A stretch of DNA of 64,000 nucleotides from the human T2T-CHM13v2.0 reference genome, Homo sapiens. Shown piece after piece: positions 62,538 to 64,000 of the stretch; the stretch's first letter is position 1, and every line of letters begins with the position of its first letter. The notes under the pieces were generated by a model. It was not told the origin of the DNA, did not search any database, and saw nothing but the letters and a program-made list of their open reading frames with translations. The translations under genes and the position numbers were made by a program. The DNA lies in NCBI RefSeq assembly GCF_009914755.1, contig NC_060943.1, one strand, 5' to 3'.

Positions 62538-64000
62538 TTAATGTAGTTTTGAGGAATTTTTACTGGGTTTATATTTACTTTTTTGTGACTTGTGGAACAA
62601 CTACTGAATCTGCAGGAATAGAAAACAAGTTCCTAAATGGAATGTTTCTGCAACCTTGGTTTTAATAAAAAATTAAGAAATTAAGACCCTAAAATACATA
62701 TTTTACTTTTCCCATTTATCTGCTTTTGGGTTTCAGGAAATTGGGAGCACCAGCTCTAGAGAGGCAGCAGAATTCAACAACCAAAACTCTGATCTCTTCT
62801 GATCAGTTCTGTGAGGCAAGACTCCAGGGCTGGGTGAGATCTAAACAAGGCCCTCAAGAAGGGTGAATCTGAACAGAACTGGGGAAGGGGAGACCCTCTG
62901 TAGAATTCTGTTCTCTATGCCACTGGGGTATTTCAAGTTCTGTTTTTTGTAAGCTTACCTAAGAGAAACTTAAATCCCAGCGTTTGCGTAATTTTAATCT
63001 TTTCTAGCCACTGCCCTGTCAATTTTATAACATATACTAATAAGCAATTTAAACAAATCTCTTAAGGTTTTCTAGGGTAATATTATTAGAAGATAAATAT
63101 GTATTATTATTAGCAAGATAAAAGAAATCAAAAAATAATAATGCTTCTGTCCATAAATATCCCTTCAAGTGATGACATCAGAAGCCACAACAATATAAAT
63201 AAAGTGGCCCAAATAAAGCTCACAATTTTTTCACACATCTATTTGCTATACCAACCATATGATACTTAATTCAACCATTTATTCAGTTGCTAGTCTAGAC
63301 TAAGAGTTTCTGGATTGTAGAAACCATGACTGCTTCATCTATTTTTCTAATGGCCATATAAAATTATAGCAATCAGTTTATCTGCTTGAGTCTCCAGATC
63401 TCCTCCTTGTTTTTACCCAAGTACCAGAAAACTGGAGAAATTCATCTGGGTACCAATCAAAAACATCCCTTGTATAAGGGAAGGAACAAACACAGGATGA
63501 CTCATTTCTCTTACACTGAGGGAAAAGCAGAATTAACCACTCTTGTCAGCCTGACACAATTCTGCTCTGGACATCCTCAAATGTCTCAAAAATGCCTACG
63601 TAATTGTGAGAGGGTTCCCAGTGACCCTGGGCTGATGGTCCAATAATAAGCCAGGCTAGAGAGAGTCATGCTGATTCTAAATAGAAAATGGAACTGCCCT
63701 GGTTGAGCTCCAGAATTACTTGTTCTGATTAACTAGCTTTTGGATAGAAGGAAGGACAAGAATATTGTACATAACATTTTACAGGCAGGTATAGTTGTGG
63801 TCATGGCTCCGGATACTTTGCGGTCTTGATCTCTCACTCCTAAGATGTTTATTTATATTTACAGAATTTGCCATCAGATTCTGTTTACATCTGGAGCCTC
63901 TCACGTAACTGTGGCAGACCTGCTACAAGATCTTACTGGACAAAATCTGAAAAGCTCAAAGAGCCACAGTCTCAAAGGGAGCTGTAGGATGTCTATGTTG

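Overview
Primate DNA, almost certainly human or great ape, from the chr19p12 ZNF91-subfamily KRAB zinc-finger cluster. The only intact protein-coding gene is a minus-strand KRAB-C2H2 gene that I recognise as ZNF708. Its KRAB-A exon (59210-59336), KRAB-B exon (57955-58050) and finger exon (41962-43427, 14 intact fingers) lie in the window. With the ATG-only first exon, which lies beyond the right edge, they give 563 aa. The left 19 kb is a nested stack inside an old + strand L1: a defective class I ERV of the HERV-E/ERV3/RRHERV-I group (1872-12967, 4-bp TSD) interrupted in integrase by a minus-strand SVA_A-type element (7601-10718), and an SVA2 element (13020-14197) about 50 bp past the 3' LTR. 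To their right is the promoter and ATG-ending first exon of a second, leftward KZNF-type unit (~18460-18690). There is also a COX16 processed pseudogene (~24143-25157), MER41, MER21 and MST LTRs, many L1 fragments, roughly 55-60 Alus and several microsatellites. The most notable observations are three. (1) The SVA SINE-R keeps an intact HERV-K Np9 C-terminal reading frame that is splice-phase compatible with the upstream orphan KZNF exon 1. (2) An Alu target-site duplication has copied the ZNF708 KRAB-A splice donor. (3) The SVA and SVA2 VNTRs form an inverted pair. Repeat subfamily names are from memory and need RepeatMasker/Dfam confirmation; the functional proposals are hypotheses.
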